DNA of 64,000 nt from Camelus ferus. Its lineage: Eukaryota. The notes under the pieces are model-generated. The model was given only the letters and a program-made list of their open reading frames with translations, searched no databases and had not been told where the DNA came from. How positions within the stretch are numbered: the stretch's first letter is position 1; the number at the start of each line of letters is the position of its first letter. A program made the position numbers and the translations under genes. Positions 24,400-36,645 of the stretch are shown here, piece by piece. The stretch covers positions 28,706,001 to 28,770,000 of the forward strand of contig NC_045711.1 in assembly GCF_009834535.1 (NCBI RefSeq), given 5' to 3'.

Positions 24400-24533
24400 C
24401 TTACTCCTTTCTATCTGAACCCATAATTACAGGGTTCTCGGGCGGTGGAGTCAGCTTACCCCCGGCCCTCATTTTGGTCACAAGGTGTAATTCAACGCTC
24501 TCACACTGCGGAATACTAAAAATCACACTAAGC
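24400..24533 (-). other. Candidate 134-nt exon, probably 5' UTR/non-coding
   Basis: Acceptor catgtttgttttggcatttttcag|GCTTAG and consensus donor AAG|GTGAGT at 24400/24399; unique sequence. Confidence 0.5.
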
Positions 24534-24710
24534 CTGAAAAATGCCAAAACAAACATGTTTTTAACAGATTCAGGGAAGGCAGAAATAAAGTGGTGTTTTC
24601 CCCAGGAAACTGTCTGCCTGTCCAAAGCCAGTTACAGCAGGTTTGTTCTGGCCTGGCCTTTTGACCATCAAATGGAACCACTTTGCTCAAAAGAGAATGC
24701 TGAAGTGGCT

Positions 24711-24760
24711 GGCGGGGAGGCGGGGAGGCGGGGAGGCTCCCAGGGAGGCGGGGAGGCGGG
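24711..24760 (+). promoter_or_regulatory. (GGCGGGGA)n GC-box array with G-quadruplex potential
   Basis: Three perfect 8-mers at 24711-24734 and two more cores at 24747-24760; five GGCGGG in 50 bp. Confidence 0.5.
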
Positions 24761-25362
24761 CCTCGCTCCCCGTGGTCTCCTTGCTGATGCATTGGCTAAA
24801 GCAAGGCTGAGATTTCCATCACTTTTCCCCCTTCAGTCCCTTAAATGATGTTTCCCAGTCAGCTGGGCTGATTCACTGTCTGTTGTTTTAACAACCACAC
24901 CTCTCCTCCCAAGGGTCCGGTGCCCGCTTGGAAGAGAATGCCCACATAATGTACTGTACTCCCCGCTTCACTCCTGAGTCATGCTGGCGCATGAGTTAGA
25001 AGTGGTTTGGTGCCTAAATATCTCCAAGTGTTTATATAGATGAGGGTGTTAATCACACAGGGGACAAGCACCAGCCAGAAGTGTATCTTCCATGTGTTCG
25101 TGTGGGCATAGAGCATGCTAACTTGCTTCTGGATGTTTGCAGTACAGATCTTTAAGAAATTCATTTGGAAAATTATTTCCTAAGAAAGATACATTTGAAA
25201 AGAAACATCAAGATAAAAATATAATCGTACAAGGGAAAGTCAGCAATGACCCCCCCCAATCCCGCACGTGCCTTATTTATTCTGCGGGTAATTCACAGCA
25301 CATTTGAAAATGCTACTTTGCCTTCTGTTTGTTCCCCGAACCCTGGAGGCCACTTCCTCCTT

Positions 25363-25410
25363 CCTGTCCCCACCCAGCCTCTCCTGTCCCCACCCAGCCT
25401 CTCCTGTCCC
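25363..25410. repeat. 20-bp tandem duplication x2.4 (cctgtccccacccagcctct)
   Basis: Two identical units plus an 8-nt partial third. Confidence 0.9.
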
Positions 25411-25659
25411 AAGGTTCAGCTGGTATATGCCTAGTGAATGCAAATTCATTTTAACATTAACGTAAGTTGGAAGGTAAATCTAGTCCCCCACCCCCACCCC
25501 AGATATATGCTTGCAGGCAGGAACAACTTCTGAATTATCTTCTGGTTTGCATTTTCTCCATCAATGTTCCTCTCCATTTATATAGGTAAATAACACTTGG
25601 TGGATATAAGTGTGTGTATGTGTGAAGATGGATTACCTCGTTCAACAGTACAGTACTAT

Positions 25660-25873
25660 TAGAGATGTGCAGATACTAACTACTATATATAAAATAAACA
25701 AGTTTCTACCTTATAGCACAGGGAACTATATTCAGTATCTCGTAGTAACCTATGGTGAAAAAGAACATGAAAAGGAATATATGTATGTACATGTATGACT
25801 GAAACATTATGCTGTACACCAGAAATTGACACAACATTGTAAACTGACTGTACTTCAATTTAAAAAAAAAAAA
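25660..25873 (+). mobile_element. L1 3' tail
   Basis: gcagatactaactactatatataaaataaacaag...gaaattgacacaacattgtaaactgactgtacttcaatttaaaaaaa; degenerate TSD cagtacagtact / cagtatcgtact. Confidence 0.9.
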
Positions 25874-28766
25874 CCAGTATCGTACTGGAAAAGCATACAT
25901 TTAAACCTATGTATTAAAAACAGACGTGGGAAAGAAATGACTCCTTCAAGGAAATTTGCCCAACAGTTGCACATAAAAGGCGTCCCTAAGATATTGTCGA
26001 ATAAATGAGTGAATGATTATCTGAAATGAGTGCACGAATGAATTGTGTAGCAGCTGATGACTTCATTAGGGTTCACCACTCAGAGGATGCCTACCTACGA
26101 GTCCTTTTGCAACGAAAGCTAATACCCTGAGGAGAGATCCGTGAGACACAATTTGTAGGCAGTTTGATTTGTTCTTGCTGTTTGGCATATGGGAACTTGG
26201 CAAAGGAAGCCAACCCATTAAGTGTCTTTCTGTTGACAGAAGGGAGGAAGGTGATGAATCGAGGTTGTATGGAGCTTTCTTTAAACATTTACAAGCATCT
26301 GATCCAACTGGGACACTGAAGAACCCAGACTAATATTAAATATGATACACTTATTCCAAGATGGGTAAGTATCACTGCAAATCTAATTGATAATTGAGCC
26401 TTAGGTCAAGGGACAAAGGCATGTGCCTGGAGCAGATTCACCTTGCGTTTGTGTCTCCTTGGATTCCCTGACAGCGCTATCAAGCCATCTCTCAGCCCTG
26501 AGCTGGGCAACCAAACCACATGAGAGCCTGCAGCTTCTAATTTTATGATTCTAGAAGGCCGATGGTGAGATCGTTAGAAGATACCTATTAACGCTGCGAC
26601 TGAGACGTGATTTTGAGCTCAGCTGCTGGTGGTTCTGCTCTTTTTTTTTTTTTCCCCCTTGCCTACTTTTCTGCACTATCAGCTGTATAAATCAACACAT
26701 GCTGTCCTTGCCAATGGGAAGTTACCAGGAAAGAAGCTGGTATTTCTGTTTGTTGCAAAATGCCCCACTCAGGATCGGCTCCCCTAAACTGGCCAGGCAG
26801 GCTTGCCCCTGGCAGGCGAACAGGATGACCAGCCTCCCCATCCCTCCCAGCTCTCTGAGAACGTCCACTCCCAGGAAGCAAATAACCACACTCTTTGCAA
26901 ACGCTGAAGATGCTCATTTTACTATATAAAACAGGTCTCCGTGTCAACAACCATCGTTGAGACGGAGGTATATAATAAGAATCATCACTTCCTCTGTTTC
27001 AGGAATTGAACTTTTGCTCTTCTTCCACAAGCAGGGGAAGGCTTTGCAGGACAGAAAACAGCTGTCAGTGAAGGTTCCTGGGGCGGGGAGGGGGCAGGTG
27101 GGCTTTGATTCGATTCTCTCTCATTTTATCACTTTCCAGTTCTGATTAGGCAATAAGCGATTGTTGTCAAAAATTAAAGGCTGTGGTGCTTTAACTCCAT
27201 TGGTTTCTGATAAATGATGTGTTGCTGAGGACAGAGGTTGCTGGAAGACGCTCCCAGAATCAGTTCCATATTAGCCAAGAACTGGTTGAAGGAGGGCCCC
27301 AGCCTTGATGTGGGTTGGATCATTGTTTTGGTCTGAGGCTAACTTGTCTTCTCAATTCTTTCGAAACAAAAATACTGAATGAAGGAGACAGAAGTTGTGT
27401 CATCACTGTTCTGAAAGTGCTTAAAATAAACGGTTAAAAATCTGGGCGTGTGGTTGGGAGCTGTCTGTTCTGGCACTGTATGAAAGAAGAAGCTGGATGT
27501 CGTTTGTATATTTGTATGAAAATGAGATCAAGGGTTCTCCAGAATCGAACCAAAGTGAATGGCCCACAGCCCTGTTTTGATAAGTAAATAATAGATGATT
27601 TCCGTTATTGCTTTGGTCACGTACTTAATATCCCTAATAAGTAGAGTGTGTTTTGGAAACTCCTTCTGAGATCAGGGCAATGGGGGCTAATTGTTTGCTT
27701 CTGAAACTCCAGGGACAAGAAGACTGGGAAGTCCAGTGCATGGTGCATATAATGTATACGGTGGTATGGAAGATGGGCTGCAAAAGTCATTCAGGAGAAG
27801 CGACCCGATTTTTACACATTGGTCTGTGTACTGGGGACTATACCGCTGACCTTCTCAAGTACTGTCATGCACAAGTGCTACCCTTTGTAGATATACATGG
27901 TGCCACCAACCTCAGTGGCAGAATGGCTACAGAAATGAACTGATCTCTGATTAAAGTTTCACTCCAGGAGACAGATTCTCACCATCCAGCCAGGGCTTAA
28001 CTTTACCCAAGGGTGGGCTTTTTTGGAGGGATGTATCAGGGGTGATTAAACTTGATGCAGTGTGGAACTTTACAAGAAAATAAACAGGGACCGAGCAAAA
28101 ACATAGTAATGGCTCCAAAGAAATTTTCTTCACATTTGAAAATAACAAGGTGCTATCTATAAACCCGTCTTAAGTGGCAGAGTTTCACGTGAGGGGGTGA
28201 AGAATATAGTGATATTATTCTAAATCTTACGTATTTATTCCCCAGCTTAAAATGTGCATACAAAAACCATTCATTATGGTAAGCACGTTAAATAATTATG
28301 GCCGCTTGATCAGATATAGTCAAAAGAACAGATTGTTCCTTTTTCTTTCTGAAAAGTTCTGTACCTTTATTCTCAGCGATTTTGAGAAATCAGAAAAAAA
28401 AAAAAAGTCAAATTCAATGTGAGGCAGGTAGAGGAACTCATACAGAACAATTGCCTTTGGATTAGTTATCACTGGCTGCTACTGGTTTAAAAAAAAGCCA
28501 GCCTTCAAAACCACTGGCAAGAGAGCATCCCATATAATCTAATTCAGATTTGGGGAAAAACCAGTGGGTTTTACAAATGTGGGAGTCTAACAGTTTTTAC
28601 CAAGGCTGAGCTGAAATTGTATAAGATTGTATTGTCCCCAGAGTCAACAGAAATGTCTGCTAACAGAAATTCAAAAACCGATAGTTCACTCCATGATGCT
28701 TCTCTGTGGCTGATTAAATGAGACCCAATTAGCAAGTGAGGCCGAGTATCGTACTTACAAACATAC

Positions 28767-28839
28767 CGTGACTTGGTTTTATACGTTGTATTGAGTACGC
28801 GAATCCTTGCTAAGTTGTATGGGTACATGAGTTTGGAAA
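28767..28839 (-). CDS. Candidate 73-nt exon (alternative donor gives 81 nt, 28759-28839); MYPYNLARIRVLNTTYKTKS
   Basis: Acceptor ctctctctttctctctcctggcag|TTTCC; tandem donors CACG|GTATGT and TTT|GTAAGT; one open frame; CpGs retained locally. Confidence 0.4.
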
Positions 28840-29234
28840 CTGCCAGGAGAGAGAAAGAGAGAGAGGGGAACACAGCGTAACCGCACACGGAGAGTATTAC
28901 CCAGAGGGCATATGATGACCAACGCCAGTTGAAGAAAAGGGTTGATAAATCCATGCCCCGCTTTGGGGACCCACAGAAGAGAACAAACAGCAACACTGTG
29001 TTATGTGAACTGCAGTGGCTTCAACAAGCAGGTCTAGACAACTCATAGAAAGGGTGCTCGGATTTTGGGTCTTATTTAATGACAAGGATGGGGACTCAGG
29101 GATGCGGCAGGAATACTGCTACGTGCTGCCTGGGTGGGCCCGAGGAAAAAGACACAGACACACCGCTGTCTTCTAAGCCCGGAGACTGAGGTCCACCATG
29201 AAGACACCTGGTGGGGTGACTGAGGCATGATTTT

Positions 29235-29345
29235 TTGAGTCATCCAGGCTTGGGCTCAAATAGCAGCTCCACAAGTGTTAAGGAGAGTGGTTTTGGCCAA
29301 GTCACCAGAGCCTCCTGGCCTTCCTTTTCTGTGTTTGTTCACTGA
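29235..29345 (+). mobile_element. MIR fragment
   Basis: tttgagtcatccaggcttgggctcaaatagcagctccac...ttttggccaagtcacc. Confidence 0.5.
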
Positions 29346-31048
29346 GGACAGACCCAGGACCTGGCTCAAAGAGCCAGCGTGGATTGACTGAGACGCGCAG
29401 AACCCTGAGCCCGGGGCTCTCAACGGTCTGTAGTTCCCAAGATTCTCGGGATGGAACGTGGCTTGTTAAAAGGAAAAAAAAAAAAAAAAACAGTAAAAGG
29501 AAAGTTCTAGTCCTGGGGAATGGAAAAAAAAATTAAACTTTAGTTCCTTATGACTTACTGACCACCAGGGAGCCATTCATTTACAACTTCTCTGTATGTT
29601 AGAAATGAGAACTCTGTCGGTCCTTCAACCCAAACAAATTGCGGTTGGGGTAAGTAAGCTGATGCAAAAGGAAACGCTGTCCCTCTGGGTAGAGAGTTTT
29701 ACTGAAGATAAGTCTGAGTCAGCACATCTGTTTATCAGTCTATTTTACCACTTAAATGCCAGCTACGAAAATAAATACATAAGCCCAAATAAAAGTGTTT
29801 CAAGTGTGGGCATTAACCTCTCGTTTTTAATGCCATTCATATGATGTGTTGGGGCTCATTTACCTGTGAACCCAGGGAAAATCTAACTGAATTAGCTTAA
29901 GTGTGTTTGGTTTTATTATCCATCCTTCATTTATTTGTGTACTTTTTAACTCTGCTTGGTGAAAAGTGTAGGTGACTACATCCAAGTCCCTGGATTTATG
30001 CAAACAGGTGTATCATTGGAATTATTCCCAGAGTGAGTGTGGAAGTGGCCATCTCACTGAAAAGGAGGCATCTGAGTTGTCTCGGGGCCCGAATTTGCAT
30101 AACATGCCCCGAGTTTTATACTTCCCTGTGTTTTTGTACAAGGGCGGGTGGTGCTGGAGCAATTTCTTACCCCCTCACTCCCTCTCCCAGTCCTGACTCT
30201 CAGCGCTGTGGAATGAAGCCTGCCTGGTACAGATGACCGTGTCTGATCCAGAGTCCTGTTCTGAAGGAAATGGCTTCACCCACAGGCCTGGCCGGGAAGT
30301 AGAAAGACTGAGATCAGCATGTAATTTTCTGTGAAACTTGAATATTCTCTGGAAATTGACTTTTTTTTTTTGGTGAGGGGGTGGGCATAAAGCATTTTTG
30401 TATCATCCATAAAACCTGATTAAAGTAAAGAGCAGGAGGAGATTCTTTTCCTCGGGGAATGTCAAGAGGATTCTAGAGAGTGAAAAGGGTGAAGTTTCAA
30501 CCCCAGGGATCTGCCGTCTGAAGGAGCTCACGCACACCTGTGGGAGACGTTCACGTTGAAGCAGTCTGCCGTATGGGACATCAGTGTGACAAGAAAGAGG
30601 CCCAACCAGAACACAGTCACATGAGGTGTGGTGCCATCACGCGGACGGAGCATCGCCCAAAACACAATGAAGCTCTTATCTGGGAGGAAGATGAGCCCGT
30701 GCTGGTGTGACTGTGGCCTCTCTGCAGTAATCCATGCCAAATTCAATAAATCCTTCACAAAATAATTACAGAAGGCACAGGCTATTTGATTTGTTCTTAT
30801 CAATTTGGAACTTCGACCTCGGTTGTTATGAAATGCCGTTCGATAGCATATGACAACCTTCATCGCTTCTACTCTAGCTGAGAGCGAAATACTTTCTAAG
30901 TTATATTCTAAAGGCAAGTAGAAAATACACAATGGGGGATGGCAAGGGGAGACGTTTCAGCTCTAGAGACGCACGAGCAACACGACCCTTAGATCTGGGC
31001 AAGACCAGCGAGCCCGTGTGCCAAGGTCATGCTTCAGAAGGCCCCGTT

Positions 31049-31346
31049 GGAGACCCACAGACACAGAAAATAAACATGGTTGCCTGGGGGAGGGGGGAAG
31101 GGGGTGGGAAGGGATGAGTTGGGAGTTTGAGACTTGCAGATACTAACTAATATACATAAAATAGATAAACAACAAGTTCATACTGTATAACACAGGGAAC
31201 TCTATTCAATATCCTGTAGCCTATGGTAAAAGAGAATATGAAAATGAATGTGTGTGTGTTCAGGTATGACTGAAGCATTGTGCTGCACACCAGAAATTGA
31301 CACGACATTGTAAACTGACCATACACACACACACACACACACACAG
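31049..31346 (+). mobile_element. L1 3' end whose tail is a (CA)n microsatellite
   Basis: L1 3' UTR with G-rich tract; ...cattgtaaactgacca then (CA)n at about 31323-31345; TSD agaaggccccgtt (31036-31048) / agaagaccccatt (31347-31359). Confidence 0.9.
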
Positions 31347-33475
31347 AGAAGACCCCATTCTGTCCCTGGTCCGGATGTACCCTCTCCTCCATGGAGCAAG
31401 GAGTAAGGAAGGGGATAGGCTCCTCCCTTCTAAATTATATTGGAATATCCAGAACCATGGAATTTCTTGCCCAAATAGACATGGCCTGCTTGCAGGCCAG
31501 TCCTCCTGAAGTCACACCCATATGTATACCCCTAGGTCCAAGGAGTAGACCACGGTAGCTCTCCGGCAGGGCAGAGGATGTGGGGGAGTGTGGGAGGACC
31601 GCACACCTCATCAGAGGGGATCCACATACATGGCTGCAAGTTCACCGTGGTTCAGGTCTGAATCTGGAGTTGTTAGAGACACGGGCATGGGCTTAGGACC
31701 AGGCCCTGTGGACTGGTGTGTCCTCATCAAAAATGCCAGTGAGAAACTCCGAAGAATCTGAAAACTCTAAATTCATACGTGCCTATCCAAGTCATAAAGC
31801 AGCTGTATTTGCCAAGATAGTTGACCACAGAATATTTTATTTAAAGGTTTTTACCTTGGCTGATGATTTAAATAGCTAGACATGTGGTACATGGCTCTTG
31901 ATTTTAACTCTTATCCCGTGGTAGCCCACAAATGTTAGGGAACAGCCTTCTGCTCGTTTGTATGTCTTTGATCCAAGACGGTTGTCCGTGCACTCAGAGG
32001 GATGTTAGACCAACCTGAAGGCTTGGAGGGGCTCGGAGAAGCTAAAGGCTCGTATTTCATGCAGTCTAATGGTCCCTACCTAAATCTCTCAAATAAAATA
32101 CAAGAAAAAGGCTAGCTTGCTTTTTACGTATGGCTCTCAGCACTGGAGCAGCAGTATTGTACAGCCTTGGGTCTCCAACTCAAAGTGTCTACAGATAGTA
32201 GGAGCTGATGGTACGAAGTCAAACAAATTCACATATCGCCCTCCCCCCCAATTGTTTTTTCATCTCATCCCTGAAAACCAGAGAATGGTCTTTTGTGAGT
32301 AGACTCTTCTCTGATCCAGTGCCAAAATTCATGAGAGCTCACGTCTATTGCAAGTGGCTGAAAATGTCTTCAAGAGTTTGGGGGATGTCCTCCCTGATTT
32401 TGCACATTATCCCTCAACGTTTCAAAGTGCTATTTATATTTGAGGCTAGACATTAACATAACTGTCTCCAAAAAGAGTTGAAATCTGCAGGTGTGATGAT
32501 AATGAGTTTTGATGTCCCCTTCTGCAGTGAAGCCATGGGAAGTCCAGGGACATGTTACAACCATACTGACTGATGATTTTTCCTCTGAATTCCACGTCTT
32601 GTCTTTGTGTCTGCTCTGGCAGAGAAAGATTTAACGGGTCAGCTCAATTCTCCGGGAGTGATTTGAGTTTGCAAGTAAAAGGAAGCGCCCGTGAACTTGC
32701 CTGTCCTTCTGTCATTATTTCCAAAACACAGGACCTTCAATTATTTTTTTTTATCACATTGTCAGTGCCCAGGACACTCCAGACTGAAGTCGTCAATGAG
32801 ACATGTGACTCGCCCCACTGCTGGGCAGCCCCCTAGAACAGACAGCACTCATTTTGTAGCGTGAAGACCAGAATCAATACTGATGCTGGAAACAGTCCCA
32901 TCACTTTGCTTGCGTTGGATTGAACAGATGATTTGGTTGCTCGTGAAATCACCACCCATGCATCATATCCTGAGATGTAATGACAGGGTGTCGTAAGGGA
33001 GTGAGTAACCCTCTAGCAACTGAAATAATAACACTACAACCTCGGGGTCATTTCTTGCCTTGTGGAACAAAATGGGAATTTTGTGCTTGTTGGTTTCTCA
33101 AAAGTAGGGTTATTCCCTCCTTCTTTGCCAAAGTGAACTTCTGATCTTGATTCCTCTGTTTGCCCCCGAAAGACAGCTGAGTTTTGATAAGGAGAGATTC
33201 TGCCAAAATTCAGTCCCCCGTGTGAGATGAGCTGGGAAATTCTTAGAAGTCTTATCAAGGAACATCACTGAAATACTGAAGGGCTTTAAAAAAAAAAAAT
33301 AATAAGCAGAGTAGACATGAATGTATCCTACTCTTTTTTTTAATGTCTCAACCAGACAGATTTTCAGCTCTGCAAGGATAGTATTAGCTTGTCTTCTGTG
33401 TCAGAAACTTTGTAAATATTTGTGGAATAAATCATTTAATTTTCAGCTAAGTCAACAGAAGCTGGTCATCTATAC

Positions 33476-33679
33476 CAGGTGCTGGCAAACATTTTCCTTA
33501 AAGGGCCAGGCAGGATTTGGGGGTTTGCAGGCCATCTGTCACGGCGAGTCATTTCTGCAACAGTATCTCAAAAGCAGCCACAGATGACACGTGAGCAAAT
33601 CAGTATGATGGTGTTTCCATAAAATATTACTCACAAAAACAGGCCATTTGGCTTGCAGACTGTAGTTTACAGACCCCTG
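33476..33679 (+). mobile_element. MER58A hAT-Charlie MITE with perfect 8-bp TSD
   Basis: caggtgctggcaaacattttccttaaagggccag...tgtagtttacagacccctg; TSD atctatac at 33468-33475 and 33680-33687. Confidence 0.92.
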
Positions 33680-36499
33680 ATCTATACATACAAAAAATGG
33701 GAAGGATAAAGACTTCTGGGTCCTTGAAAATCTCACTCTCATAAATCTGATCAAAAAAATTTTAGACAAGTGTCCTGAGATAGGGGGTATCCTCAACAGG
33801 GGTCACCTCAGGACCTTTCTTTTAAGGAAATAGACATGTTTGCCAATGACATATCTAAGATACAGGGTTCATAAGGGTAACTACTGTCTAAAAAACACTA
33901 ACACATTTTTTTCTATAAAATATTCATTATAATTAATGTTTCCCCAATTCGAGGCTCTGTGCTAACAGCGTTCCAGGCTTTGTGGGAAGACCATGGAATG
34001 AGTTTGTGAACGCTGTACCCTGACAGCAGGGGCTGAATGCCCCAGTGAACACCTGCGATTGGCTTGACTCTTTAATCATTCCTTTCTAAAAGAACTCCCT
34101 CTGAAAATGGACAAAGTCTGATGCCAATAAGATGCCAAGTTTTACTGGATCACTGTATCTATCTATTTCATAACATAAACGCAAAGGAAAAGCTAAAGAA
34201 AAAGGGAAATTTCCAATCTGGATATCTATAGTCATCTAAAGAACCTTTTACTCAACTATTCATTAAATAGACAGAAAGAAAGAGAGGAAGGAGGATGAAA
34301 AGCAACAGCCCTTCTGCCATAAATTTATTTCTCTTTCCCGGGCGTGTGTTTTAGAAGTGTGAGTTCGGAGATAAAGAGGGTACAGAGAAGTGGCTGTTCT
34401 TACTTAAACCGTTTTTTTTTTAAAGTTATATTACAAAAGCAAAGGTATTTGGTGTAGTCAGCTAGAGTTATTGGCATCCAAAGGCCACTGTTGAACAGCT
34501 TTTTCATATGTGATGGTAACACCATCACTGTAATGTGATTCATGGTAACAGAGGATTCCCTGAAAACTACAGGAGTCAAACTGGTGTGAAGATGATATTT
34601 TATTAAAAAAAAAACCAAAAACAAAAACAAAACCACTGTGCATTCTGAAGTAAGGACACACACCGTTCAGAAATATTGGGGAAGTACCCCAGCACATGTT
34701 AATTCAACGGTTTAATACATCGGGAGAATGTTACTAATGTTCTTAAAAAAGTGACCTAAACTGAATAGTTAGGGCGAATATAAAAATGTCCCTGTGAATC
34801 ACGTGTGTTTAGAACAATTGTCATCTGAAACAGCTGATGGTCTGGAGGACTTAAGAGATCTGTGTGTGTATGTGTCAGTCCAGATTACATCTGTGTGCTG
34901 ACAAAACACAAAGAGCTTTTCACATAGAAACTCGTTTTATCCCCTTTTGAACTCGAAAAGGGGGAACATCAATACGAAATTCCATTTCCTTTCTTCGATA
35001 CCTACTAACGAATGGGCTTCTCTGCCTCGGACCAGAATCACTTTGCTAAAGAAATTTCTCGTTTGAGAATAATTGGAGGCCAAAGAACACTTCAGTGCTG
35101 TATGCTTACGAAAGGCAGAAGTTCTGTGGTTTAAAAGGAAGCCTGGCGATGCAGCAGGTTTGAGAGGTAACCAACTGGCAATGGTGTCGGCTTCAAAGCC
35201 AAATCAGGAATCCGAGTCAATTACGCTGTCTACGCTTCTGGAACAAAACTTAAATCTGCGTAATTCAGAAAAAGGGTGCTCGTCAGTAATTTTTTTTTTT
35301 TCGAATTATTTTTTGTGTGTCTCTCAGGCTTTATACATATAACTACATGTCTTCCAAGTGTGAGAGAGAGAGAGATCCACTTCCACCCAAAGGAGTACTT
35401 GAATCTAACACACATGTCAAATCTCAGTATTTCTTATAAACCCGAGAACTGGATCTCACTTTAGGTTAGAATTTCCTTTTTAACTCAGTCCTTCATGGAT
35501 ATTGGGGGTTCCCTATGATTCTTCATTATAGATTTTAATAAATCCTCTCATATTAACCTTACTGATGTATGACTAGTCATTTACCATAATCACTTAAGGA
35601 ACTTATTTCTGTCTTGCCAAGTCGATAGGAAAATTTGGGGAGCTGAGTAAGCTATTTTACCCCTTCGCAGTTCTGGAAATAATGTTGCATTTTAAGTGTC
35701 TTCATCTGCGTGGAAAGAGAGATGTGCTCAGAGAGAGGAGGCTGTGGCCAGGCTAATGCTCTTTACTTTTTTTTCCTCTGCTGGACCTTGAAATACCCAC
35801 AAACCTTCCTGTCCCCTTTCTCACTGGAAATTTAAAGATTGACCTTGCAGGGGTGGAGAAACACAGACGCCATCAGGAAAGAAGGAAAAAAGCGGACGCT
35901 GTCTGGCTGGTGTACACACACAGAAGAGGGAACATTTCACAACAGAAAGAAGATAAAGAGCTTTCTCGCCGGCATTTCTATTTTAAAATGACGCCTCACT
36001 GCACCATATGATGAAAGATCTTCAGAGCCCATAATGTTAGTCATAATGGAAACTCCTTTAATTGAGTTGCGTGGAAAATGGCCTGGGGCTGCCGGAGAAG
36101 AGACCAGATAATCACATGCCATCAGAACTCTATTGCTGTCAACGTGTCTAAAATCCAGGGCTCGGGGCTGACTTTAACTGTCATGAACTATGTTGGAAAA
36201 CACATCCAAGAATTAGCACAAATCATCTTACTGGAATAAAAACGTGCCACCCATAAAAGCAGTCAAACGCACGGTCCTTTCAAAGGGGTTTCTTGTTGTG
36301 TTTCTTTTAACCGTCAGTTCCTTTGGGGGAGAGATTGGAAAAAAATACATACAAAATAAACCCATACGCATTTATTTTGTAGACTAGATGCAAATGTGAA
36401 ATACTTCTGGTAGAGTGATGGGGTTTTCAGAATTTTAAATGAGCAATTGTCTGAGACTCAGGAGTTTACTTTAAAAAAATTTAATGATCAACTCTAATT

Positions 36500-36645
36500 A
36501 TTCTTGTCACATTTCTGCAAGTTCTGAGAACCTGTTTAGATAGAACTCTGTTCTAGCCACTGTGAGGAGCTATACATTCAAGCGATGTGTCCCACTCAGA
36601 AATTCTATGCGTCAGTAAACAAAAAACATGTAAATAAGTCATTTA
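36500..36645 (-). mobile_element. L2 3' tail fragment
   Basis: ctctgttctagccactgtgaggagctatacattc...tcccactcagaaattctatg. Confidence 0.4.
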
